Shown here in pieces: positions 8,106-15,217 of a stretch of 32,661 nt of DNA (positions are counted from its first letter, which is position 1; each line of letters begins with the position of its first letter). The position numbers and the translations under genes are program-made. The DNA comes from an uncultured Bacteroidales bacterium (GTDB lineage Bacteria; Bacteroidota; Bacteroidia; Bacteroidales; UBA10428): the NCBI GenBank assembly GCA_964495025.1, contig CAZBUF010000423.1:1-32661 (forward strand). The letters run 5' to 3'. The notes beneath the pieces were generated by a model. The model was not told where the DNA came from. It saw nothing but the letters and a program-made list of their open reading frames with translations, and ran no database searches.

Positions 8106-9930
8106 AGAACTTTTTACACTGCCATTTACTATTGGAGTGGCCTTTTTAATAGTCATTATTGTCGTCAGGTTTGCACAATGGGCAAGAGGGCTTTCAAAGA
8201 TTGATAAAATAAGGATATGGAAAAATGTTTTAACGGTAAAATCCTTGTTATCAATAAAAGAATCCTTTAGAGAAGGACTTTTACACCGTAATATATTTCG
8301 TAAAAACCCGTTGCTGGGATATATGCATATGAGTCTTGCTTTTGGCTGGTTCCTTTTGATAGTTGTCGGACATATCGAGACGGTATTATATAAACAATCG
8401 TTGTCATTTCCTTTTCATCTGCCCTTGTTTTTCAGATATTACGTTAGAGAAGAGACCGGCTTTTTTCTTTCCGGCGCTCTTACTTTCACTATGGACCTCA
8501 TTCTTTTATTTGTGTTGTCAGGAGTTGGACTGGCAGTATTCAAGAGATTCAGAAGCAAGCTCTTCGGGATGAAAAAAACTACAAAATTAAAGCTGAGCGA
8601 TAAAGTTGCATTAATTTCATTATGGTTTATCTTTCCATTGCGTTTCCTGGCTGAAGCCTTTACTTCCGGATTATACCATAACGGTAGTTTCCTGACACAG
8701 CCTGCAGGTAATTTCTTTAATTCGTTTCTTCCGCTGGACTCTCTGATGTTGCCGGTATGGTTTGCATATTCACTGTCACTTGGATTTTTCTTTGTGTCGT
8801 TGCCAACTTCAAGGTATATGCATATCCCTACGGAGATATTATTTATCTTTTTAAGGAACTATGGAATAAAGCTGAAAAAAAGGTGCAACGCCTTTTCTTT
8901 TGTGCAGGTTTATTCATGTTCACGCTGTGGAATGTGTCTTGACACCTGCCAGATGAACGGGGCAGGAATTAAAACTACCCAGTCGGTTTATGTACTCAAG
9001 AATATCAGGAACAGGAGCCTTACGGATGAGACTTTATTTAACTGTCTGTTGTGCGGAAGATGCCAGCAGGAATGCCCGGTAGGAGTGGAATTAAATGATA
9101 TGAGGATAACACAGAGAATTGAATCGACCCTTCAGTATAATTCATCCTATGATTATCTGCAGGAAGGGAAGGCAGAAAAAGCTGACGTGATTTATTTTGC
9201 AGGATGCATGACCCACTTAACGCCGGCCATAAAAAAATCAATGGTAGATATTTTTAAATATGCAGGTGTTAATTACTGGTTCATGGATGAGGAAAAAGCC
9301 CCTTGCTGTGGACGTCCGTTGATGCTGGCAGGGCAATTTGAGGCTGCGAAAAAATTAATATTGAATAACCAGAAATTAATTGAATCATCCGGGGCCAAAA
9401 TGCTTATAGTATCATGCCCGATATGCTATAAAGTATTTAAGGAAGATTATGGCCTTCATGATATCAAGGTGATGCACCATTCGGAATACCTGCTTGAATT
9501 GGTGAGAAATAATATCATACCTCCGGCTAAGCAGCCGCATGCAGTAATTTATCATGATCCCTGTGAGCTGGGAAGAGGATGTAACATTTATGACCAGCCG
9601 CGTGAACTACTTGAAAATTATGTAGATGTCCTTAAAATCAATGATGAAAAAGAATTAAGTTTCTGCTGTGGCGGAAGCCTGGCAAATCTTAAGATCCAGA
9701 TGGCTGAAAGGGACAAGATAAGAAACGGGGCGCTGGAAGAATATATGAGATATGGACCCGATTTCCTCGTTACTTCCTGTCCGTTATGTAAAAAGACCTT
9801 TTCAAAAGGTACAAAGATCCAGGTTTACGATATTGCTGAGATAGTATCAAAGAACCTGAAAACAAGCAGGCAGAGAGTTAAACATATAAAAGACCTGAAA
9901 AAGGAAATATATCAAACGGAGCTTATCTGA
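8098..9930 (+). CDS. Membrane-bound HdrE/NarI-like (DsrM-type) domain fused to an HdrD/DsrK-like Fe-S CCG protein
   Basis: The N-terminal ~260 aa hold about 5-6 TM helices with conserved His residues (GYMHMSLAFGWFLLIVVGHIE, SRYMHIPTE), as in b-haem NarI/HdrE/DsrM proteins. Two 4Fe-4S motifs follow (CSRCGMCLDTCQ, CLLCGRCQQECP). Two intact CCG domains then follow (FAGCMTH...PCCGRP...SCPICY; HDPCELG...FCCGGS...SCPLC). The ATG at 8098 overlaps the preceding stop by 8 nt. Confidence 0.85.
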   Translation: MHKELFTLPFTIGVAFLIVIIVVRFAQWARGLSKIDKIRIWKNVLTVKSLLSIKESFREGLLHRNIFRKNPLLGYMHMSLAFGWFLLIVVGHIETVLYKQSLSFPFHLPLFFRYYVREETGFFLSGALTFTMDLILLFVLSGVGLAVFKRFRSKLFGMKKTTKLKLSDKVALISLWFIFPLRFLAEAFTSGLYHNGSFLTQPAGNFFNSFLPLDSLMLPVWFAYSLSLGFFFVSLPTSRYMHIPTEILFIFLRNYGIKLKKRCNAFSFVQVYSCSRCGMCLDTCQMNGAGIKTTQSVYVLKNIRNRSLTDETLFNCLLCGRCQQECPVGVELNDMRITQRIESTLQYNSSYDYLQEGKAEKADVIYFAGCMTHLTPAIKKSMVDIFKYAGVNYWFMDEEKAPCCGRPLMLAGQFEAAKKLILNNQKLIESSGAKMLIVSCPICYKVFKEDYGLHDIKVMHHSEYLLELVRNNIIPPAKQPHAVIYHDPCELGRGCNIYDQPRELLENYVDVLKINDEKELSFCCGGSLANLKIQMAERDKIRNGALEEYMRYGPDFLVTSCPLCKKTFSKGTKIQVYDIAEIVSKNLKTSRQRVKHIKDLKKEIYQTELI

Positions 9931-10120
9931 GCAAGCCGTGAATTTTCTGTAATTCCGGGGAAATACGGTTTTCTCATAAGTCTTCGTTCCCGGTGAAGCG
10001 AAGGGACCTTTATGAAATCAAATATTTATTATCATGAGATAACTTCAGTCATTCTTCCTTCGTAATGACGTATTTATATCTTTTCCGACAGCCTCATTTA
10101 TATCCCCTGACGCAAGTATA

Positions 10121-10906
10121 TCAAAGTTCCCTGATTTTGATGTTTCTGTACCATACATCATCGCCATGATCCTGAAGTCCGATATATCCTTCTTCCGCAA
10201 CATTTGCCCAATCAGGATTAATGGTTACGAACTTGCTTTTTCCCACCATTTCATTCCAGTCACTTGTCCACAGGTGGTACTCAAGAATTTTTTTTCCGTT
10301 AAGCCAGTGTTCAACAAGGCCCTTTTCACAATATATCGCAGCTTTGTTCCATTCACCTACGGGTTTGACTATATCCCTTGAAACAGGAATAAGATCATAC
10401 AGTGCCCCGGCACAATGCGTTGTGTCAAGTCCATCCCTGTGATTGTCATTATCCAGTACCTGCATCTCGGGTGCTGTATGCCATATAGGTTTTCCTTCCA
10501 GCTCCTGTGCCAGGTAGAATATACCACTGTTACCTCCTTCAGATATTTTCCATTCAATCCTGAGTTCAAAATTTCTGAACTTTTTATCATATATTATATC
10601 TCCGCCTTTTCCTCCTGCTTCACCTTTTCCCGTACCTATGCACCGCAGTGCGCCGTCTTTAACAGTCCAGCCGCTATCCGGGAATGAACTTGCATTATAA
10701 CCTCTCCAGCCTTCAGAAGATTTTCCGTCAAACATGAGTATCCAGCCTTTGTTTTTTTCTGCCTGAGTAAGCATGTTTGTATCGGCAGTTTCTTTTTCGT
10801 CCCCTTCTGTACCGGCCGTGCTGTTACATTTACTGCCTTTAAAGGCATAAAATATTAATACGCTAAGTATTATACAAATAATAAAAATCAGGTTAGTTGT
10901 TTTCAT
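10121..10906 (-). CDS. Secreted DUF1080 (3-keto-disaccharide hydrolase-like, concanavalin-fold) protein
   Basis: It has a signal/anchor segment MKTTNLIFIICIILSVLIFYA. The DUF1080 hallmarks are GWRGYN...GWTVKDGAL, FELRIEWKISEGGNSGIFY, PEMQVLDN, GEWN...HWLNGKKILEY and GYIGLQDHGDDVWYRNIKI. Confidence 0.9.
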   Translation of the reverse strand: MKTTNLIFIICIILSVLIFYAFKGSKCNSTAGTEGDEKETADTNMLTQAEKNKGWILMFDGKSSEGWRGYNASSFPDSGWTVKDGALRCIGTGKGEAGGKGGDIIYDKKFRNFELRIEWKISEGGNSGIFYLAQELEGKPIWHTAPEMQVLDNDNHRDGLDTTHCAGALYDLIPVSRDIVKPVGEWNKAAIYCEKGLVEHWLNGKKILEYHLWTSDWNEMVGKSKFVTINPDWANVAEEGYIGLQDHGDDVWYRNIKIREL

Positions 10907-10943
10907 AGTTTCCGGTTTTAATATTATTCAGATAGTTGATAAA

Positions 10944-12422
10944 TTATAAATTCCAGCCTTGCCTGTATGTATGTTTAATATATTCCTCAGCTGCCTGTTT
11001 TGCATTTATGGTTGTCCTTTGCGTGTCGAAATGAGGATGACCTTCAATAACTGTAAATTTGTCAGAAGTCACAACCCTGATAGTATCAGCATCAGAGATA
11101 TTCGTAAATTTCATATTCTTCCCGTCCCACTTAAGTTCCCTGTTAAGGTCCTGAAGGCGGGCGGCAACAACACCCATAACCACCATCTCATTAAGCGGCC
11201 CCGCGTACCCGAAGTTTGAGCTTGTTTCCACCCTGTTTTCGGGAGTTTCTTTACACGCTCTCACCCAGTCCATCACATGTCCCAGTTCAACCCTTCGCAG
11301 GGTTTTTGGAGGTTCATTGAAGTGATCCATCTCAGAGTAAGGCAAAAGAATGGGTTTGCTTGACCAGCATCCGCACATAAGTGTTCTTTTACTGCCAACA
11401 AGTAAACATCCGCCGTTAATATCACGGCCCAGGATATCTCCTTCAGGCAGCCCGGCAGGCCTTGGAGGCAATAGCCCACCATCATACCAGGTAACTGTTA
11501 CTTCGGGCATGTTAACTTTTGCCATGTCTTTGCGTGCAGGGAATTTGTATTTTACTATTTCAGCTACCGGTGGACTCTCATTATTTATTTGTGTTGAACT
11601 CCCCTGCACACTTACAGGATATTGCAGGTTCAGGGTTTTAAATATGGGATCCAGAATATGGCAGGCCATATCACCTAAAGCACCGGTGCCAAAGTCCCAC
11701 CACCCCCTCCAGTTCCACGGAGTATAGGTCGGATGGTAAGGCCTGTAGGAGGCAGGGCCAAGGAACAGGTCCCAGTCAAGTGTGCCGGGCACCGGCGGAG
11801 TATCAGCCGGCCTTTCAAGGCCCTGTGGCCAGATAGGCCTGTTGGTCCATGCATGGGCTTCTCTTACCTCACCTATGGCACCGTCCCAAACCCATTCACA
11901 CATCTGGCGAAGTCCCTCGCCGGAATTACCCTGGTTCCCCATCTGAGTGGCAACCTTGTATTTCCTGGCAGTCTCTGTTAATAACCGGGATTCATAAACC
12001 GAGTGAGTTAAAGGTTTTTCACAATACACATGCTTACCCATCTTCATTGCTGTCATTGCAATAATAGCATGGGTATGGTCAGGAGTGGCAATAACCAGGG
12101 CATCAATATCGTTTGATTCTTCCAGCATCCTGCGAAAATCTTTATACTTCCTGGCTTGCGGATACTTGTCAAAAACCGCTGCAGCATATTTCCAGTCAAC
12201 ATCACATAATGCAACAATGTTTTGATCGGTTATCTGCCGTAAAACATCACCACCCTTACCTCCTATACCAACTGCTGCAACATTAAGTTTATCGCTTGGT
12301 GCTGTATGCCCTAAACCTCCAACAACATAACCTGGCAGAATAGTAAAAGCAGCTGTTGCTTTTGCCGCATTGCCTACAAACGCTCTGCGGGAAAGTTTCG
12401 AATTATTTGAAGATTTGCTCAT
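10944..12422 (-). CDS. Tat-exported Gfo/Idh/MocA family oxidoreductase
   Basis: It has a twin-arginine signal (SRRAFVGNAAKATAAF). The Rossmann motif is LNVAAVGIGGKGG. The conserved EKPL motif (VYCEKPLTH) and a long C-terminal alpha/beta domain are present. Confidence 0.9.
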   Translation of the reverse strand: MSKSSNNSKLSRRAFVGNAAKATAAFTILPGYVVGGLGHTAPSDKLNVAAVGIGGKGGDVLRQITDQNIVALCDVDWKYAAAVFDKYPQARKYKDFRRMLEESNDIDALVIATPDHTHAIIAMTAMKMGKHVYCEKPLTHSVYESRLLTETARKYKVATQMGNQGNSGEGLRQMCEWVWDGAIGEVREAHAWTNRPIWPQGLERPADTPPVPGTLDWDLFLGPASYRPYHPTYTPWNWRGWWDFGTGALGDMACHILDPIFKTLNLQYPVSVQGSSTQINNESPPVAEIVKYKFPARKDMAKVNMPEVTVTWYDGGLLPPRPAGLPEGDILGRDINGGCLLVGSKRTLMCGCWSSKPILLPYSEMDHFNEPPKTLRRVELGHVMDWVRACKETPENRVETSSNFGYAGPLNEMVVMGVVAARLQDLNRELKWDGKNMKFTNISDADTIRVVTSDKFTVIEGHPHFDTQRTTINAKQAAEEYIKHTYRQGWNL

Positions 12423-12447
12423 AGCTTGGTTTATTTAATGATTAATA

Positions 12448-14043
12448 TTAAATTATTTTTTGCCTGTCTTTATCCCAGTATACCTTCCTGCCTTCCCTGT
12501 AAGATATTGCACTCATATGGGCAGTGATTGCCTCTTCAAATCCCTTGTCTATGTTGCAGCTTGTTTTTGCATTTGTCCTTATGCAATCAATCCATTCTTT
12601 AATATGCAGAAATGTTGTATCTATTCTTTGTCCGTTCCGGTACGTATACAATAATCCCCTTTGTGCAAAATATTGTTCAGTAGGTGATACAATACCATCA
12701 ATATTATTTTTTCCGGGTATATAATTATAAATCGGAACACCGGGATCAATCTTTCCCTTTTCAATTTTTTCTTTGAACCTTGTGGAGTTTGGTTCGACTT
12801 TTACCTTCAGACCTCCGTTAATCTCCATACTGGCATCATGACCCATTATTAATGTCCCTCTGTGAACTTCATTTGAGAGGGTGGCACTGTATAAAAGCGT
12901 AAGGTCGCGTTCCGGGTATTCCAGCGTCGTCTGAATAACATCCGGGACCGTGCGGCCATCCTTAAAGTAATATATACCTCCTGATGAAACAGCGGAATGA
13001 GGGATACCTATTCCCATCAGCTGGTTTATCAGGTCGTACTCATGTGTCATCAGGTCACCTGATATTCCCAGGCCGTAATCCCACCAGCAACGCCACCTGA
13101 AAAATCTCTCAAGGCTGAACTTATGGTAAGGAGCCTGCCCTATAAATTGTTCCCAGTCAATATTCACGGGATCCGCATCAGGATGGATCGCGTAAACCCA
13201 GGCACCGTTAGGCGAATTTCTGTTTGTTGTCAGTTCTACCAGCGATATATTACCGAGAATATTCTCTTCGATGATTTTTTTTGCAGCACTGCAGAATTCA
13301 TTCTGAATACCCTGATGCCCAAGCTGAAAGGCAATATTATTTTCTTTTACCGTCCGTACAAGATCATATGTTTCATTAACTGCCCAGGTCATTGGTTTTT
13401 CGCAATAAACATGTTTGCCGTTTTTTGCTGCTTCTATAGCTATAGGTGCATGCCAGTGGTCAGGCGTGGCAATTATTACCGCATCAATTTCCGGTGATGA
13501 AACAAGGTCTTTGTAATTAAGAAATCTCTTTGGCTTTATTCCTGCCTTTCCTTCTGATCCTACCCTGTGAATATTGGCGCCGGCCAGTAATGCTTCTTCT
13601 GCATGGATATCAAAGATATCACAAATGCCACTGACAACTGCATTCAGATCTTCCTGGTTCATATAATCATCATATGAGGTATTGAAACGGTCATTTTTTG
13701 CAGCAGCTATATTATCATCAATCCATCGCGGTTCAGCGAAACCTGCTGCCCTGAGAAGATGCCGCCCCCTGATGCCAAAGCCTATGATGCCCAGCCGTAT
13801 CACCTTTTCCTTATTAACCTGTCTTAATAATGGCACCGGCGCGGGACCGAGGTTCAGCTCCTCCAGCAAGTTATTCCTGTATATACTCTCAAGTTTTCTC
13901 CTTCGATAGATACCATAAGCAAAAATGCCCAGAACCGGTATGGTAGCCAATCCTTTAAGCAGATCTCTCCTGCCAATCAATTTTGAATGCTTTTCAGCTT
14001 TTTTTTGCTTTTTCTTCTCTTTCTTTGATTTTATTCCTTTCAT
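12448..14043 (-). CDS. Tat-exported Gfo/Idh/MocA family oxidoreductase (paralogous class)
   Basis: The signal is RRDLLKGLATIPVLGIF, preceded by a Lys-rich n-region. The Rossmann motif is IRLGIIGFGIRG and the active-site region is VYCEKPMTW. I chose the ATG at 14041-14043. The track start (TTG at 14091) runs into the tandem repeat. Confidence 0.85.
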   Translation of the reverse strand: MKGIKSKKEKKKQKKAEKHSKLIGRRDLLKGLATIPVLGIFAYGIYRRRKLESIYRNNLLEELNLGPAPVPLLRQVNKEKVIRLGIIGFGIRGRHLLRAAGFAEPRWIDDNIAAAKNDRFNTSYDDYMNQEDLNAVVSGICDIFDIHAEEALLAGANIHRVGSEGKAGIKPKRFLNYKDLVSSPEIDAVIIATPDHWHAPIAIEAAKNGKHVYCEKPMTWAVNETYDLVRTVKENNIAFQLGHQGIQNEFCSAAKKIIEENILGNISLVELTTNRNSPNGAWVYAIHPDADPVNIDWEQFIGQAPYHKFSLERFFRWRCWWDYGLGISGDLMTHEYDLINQLMGIGIPHSAVSSGGIYYFKDGRTVPDVIQTTLEYPERDLTLLYSATLSNEVHRGTLIMGHDASMEINGGLKVKVEPNSTRFKEKIEKGKIDPGVPIYNYIPGKNNIDGIVSPTEQYFAQRGLLYTYRNGQRIDTTFLHIKEWIDCIRTNAKTSCNIDKGFEEAITAHMSAISYREGRKVYWDKDRQKII

Positions 14044-14078
14044 TTTATTTCGTTTATCATTGTCCAGAATAAACATAG

Positions 14079-14166
14079 AACAATAGAGCAATAGAACAAT
14101 TTAGCAATAGAACAATTTAACAATTTAACAATTTAGCAATTTAACAATTTAGCAATTTAACAATAT
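14079..14166. repeat. Tandem 8-bp repeat, about 11 units of A[AG]CAAT[AT][TG] (AACAATTT / AGCAATTT / AGCAATAG)
   Basis: Read directly from the sequence: aacaatag agcaatag aacaattt agcaatag aacaattt aacaattt aacaattt agcaattt aacaattt agcaattt aacaatat. It fills the gap between the DoxX stop (14166-14168) and about 35 nt upstream of the oxidoreductase ATG (14043). Confidence 0.9.
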
Positions 14167-14654
14167 TATCTGAGTCTTGAAATAATCCTGTCCAGCCCGA
14201 TAATTTTACCGGTTGGAAAAATAGTAAGGACAGCCAGTGCCAGGATTTCAATCAGTGTTTTATTTACTATCAGGTAATTCCCTTCCTGTGGAATAATATA
14301 ATTAAGCCCCAGAAAAGGAGGATGTGAAAGATAATAAAAGCTCAGAAGTATTATACCGCATATGCCTGAGAATTTAGTAAATATTCCCATAATCAGTCCA
14401 AGCCCAATCAATATCAAACCCCATATATTCAGAAAGTCAACAATATTCAGAATGTCCGCATTTGCGGCCATCGACTGGAAAATTCCCGGGAACAGGCCTT
14501 TGGAATCCATAAGGTATTCAAATGATGTCCAGCCCGGATTAAGAAATTTCACTATCCCTTCATACAGAAAATGCCACCCGATAAATACTCTGAGCGTTAC
14601 CAGTATAATCAGCTGGCTGGTACCTAAAAGTGGAACGGAGCTTCTACCTGTCAT
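14166..14654 (-). CDS. DoxX family membrane protein
   Basis: It is 162 aa with four hydrophobic helices. The N-terminal LRVFIGWHFLYEGIVKF pattern is typical of DoxX/MhqP-type proteins. Confidence 0.8.
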   Translation of the reverse strand: MTGRSSVPLLGTSQLIILVTLRVFIGWHFLYEGIVKFLNPGWTSFEYLMDSKGLFPGIFQSMAANADILNIVDFLNIWGLILIGLGLIMGIFTKFSGICGIILLSFYYLSHPPFLGLNYIIPQEGNYLIVNKTLIEILALAVLTIFPTGKIIGLDRIISRLR

Positions 14655-14770
14655 TTATTTAGTGTTAAAATTTCAAATACTAAAAATATACAATTATTAT
14701 AAACCATTCAAATACATATTTCAACCGTTCATTTTCAATGCCTGCAAATTCTTTGTTTAAGTTTTAAGGG

Positions 14771-14803
14771 ATTATGAATTTTATGCTTTATAATATTCAT
14801 AAT
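14771..14803 (+). promoter_or_regulatory. Perfect 9-bp inverted repeat ATTATGAAT-N15-ATTCATAAT upstream of the precursor peptide gene
   Basis: The arms are at 14771-14779 and 14795-14803, 25-57 nt upstream of the ATG at 14828, inside the divergent DoxX/peptide intergenic region. It could be an operator or a 5'-UTR hairpin. The AT-rich context makes a chance occurrence plausible. Confidence 0.3.
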
Positions 14804-14827
14804 GTTTAACTTAAAAAACTTAAAACT

Positions 14828-14878
14828 ATGGAAACAAAAAAATTGAGTCTCGAACAAATGGAAAACCTCGAAGGAGGT
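14828..14878 (+). other. Predicted leader region of the precursor (cleavage expected after Gly16-Gly17)
   Basis: The motif is L-S-L-E-Q-M-E-N-L-E-G-G, followed by a third Gly. Hydrophobic residues sit at -4, -7 and -12 relative to the cut site, as in known GG leaders. Confidence 0.65.
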
Positions 14879-15106
14879 GGATTAAGCCCGAAAGCTAAAT
14901 GCGGCATTGCATTAGGGCTTTATGTTGTTTCATTTGTAGCACTTGCTGCAGCAACAGGAGGAGTTGCAGTAGTATTAGCGCTGGCTGGTTTTGGAGGTTC
15001 TATATGGGGCGCTGCAGTGACATGCGACGGGGTCATTATTGGCTCACAACAAGTTGTGACACTGAATCCATCAAAACCAATTAATGGGCTACCTACTTAT
15101 AAATAA
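14828..15106 (+). CDS. Double-glycine-leader precursor peptide (class II bacteriocin-like), 92 aa
   Basis: The leader METKKLSLEQMENLEGG fits the LSxxELxxIxGG double-glycine consensus. The 75-aa core is Gly/Ala-rich and hydrophobic (CGIALGLYVVSFVALAAATGGVAVVLALAGFGGSIWGAAVTC), has exactly two Cys and ends in a polar tail. A C39-peptidase ABC exporter is encoded 3.8 kb downstream on the same strand. Confidence 0.8.
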   Translation: METKKLSLEQMENLEGGGLSPKAKCGIALGLYVVSFVALAAATGGVAVVLALAGFGGSIWGAAVTCDGVIIGSQQVVTLNPSKPINGLPTYK

Positions 15107-15217
15107 GGATCATTGATTTAAGAATTAAGATCTGTAAAATTTATTCAGGCTATCCGGAAAATATTTAAATTTTTTAAGGTGAAAATGGCAAAATAACGTT
15201 TATATTATTAATTGTAT

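Noticed and set aside
9975-10075. Short inverted repeats (CTTCGTTC..GAAGCGAAG and GTCATT-N10-AATGAC) in the convergent gap after the Hdr-like operon
   Set aside because: The stems are short or bulged and lack a flanking U-tract on either strand. They cannot be distinguished from chance.
10166-12064. Multiple 70-125-aa ORFs on the plus strand, and alternative minus frames, inside the DUF1080 and first Gfo/Idh/MocA genes
   Set aside because: They are embedded in strongly supported minus-strand genes. They are rich in Pro/Ser/Arg, as expected from reading GC-richer coding DNA off-frame.
14044-14091. TTG-initiated extension of the second oxidoreductase (MLYCSMFILDNDKRNK)
   Set aside because: The extension begins inside the 8-bp tandem repeat and adds a hydrophobic/odd peptide before the Tat n-region. 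The ATG at 14043 is the more plausible start.
14079-14166. Possibility that the tandem repeat is a CRISPR array or coding repeat
   Set aside because: The units are 8 bp with no spacers and there are no cas genes. The period is not a multiple of three and the array is intergenic. It is a microsatellite-like array, not a CRISPR.
14899-15084. 61-aa ORF in an alternative frame within the precursor peptide gene
   Set aside because: The translation is Cys/Arg/Ser-rich with no start context. The overlapping frame has a clear GG leader and a coherent hydrophobic core.
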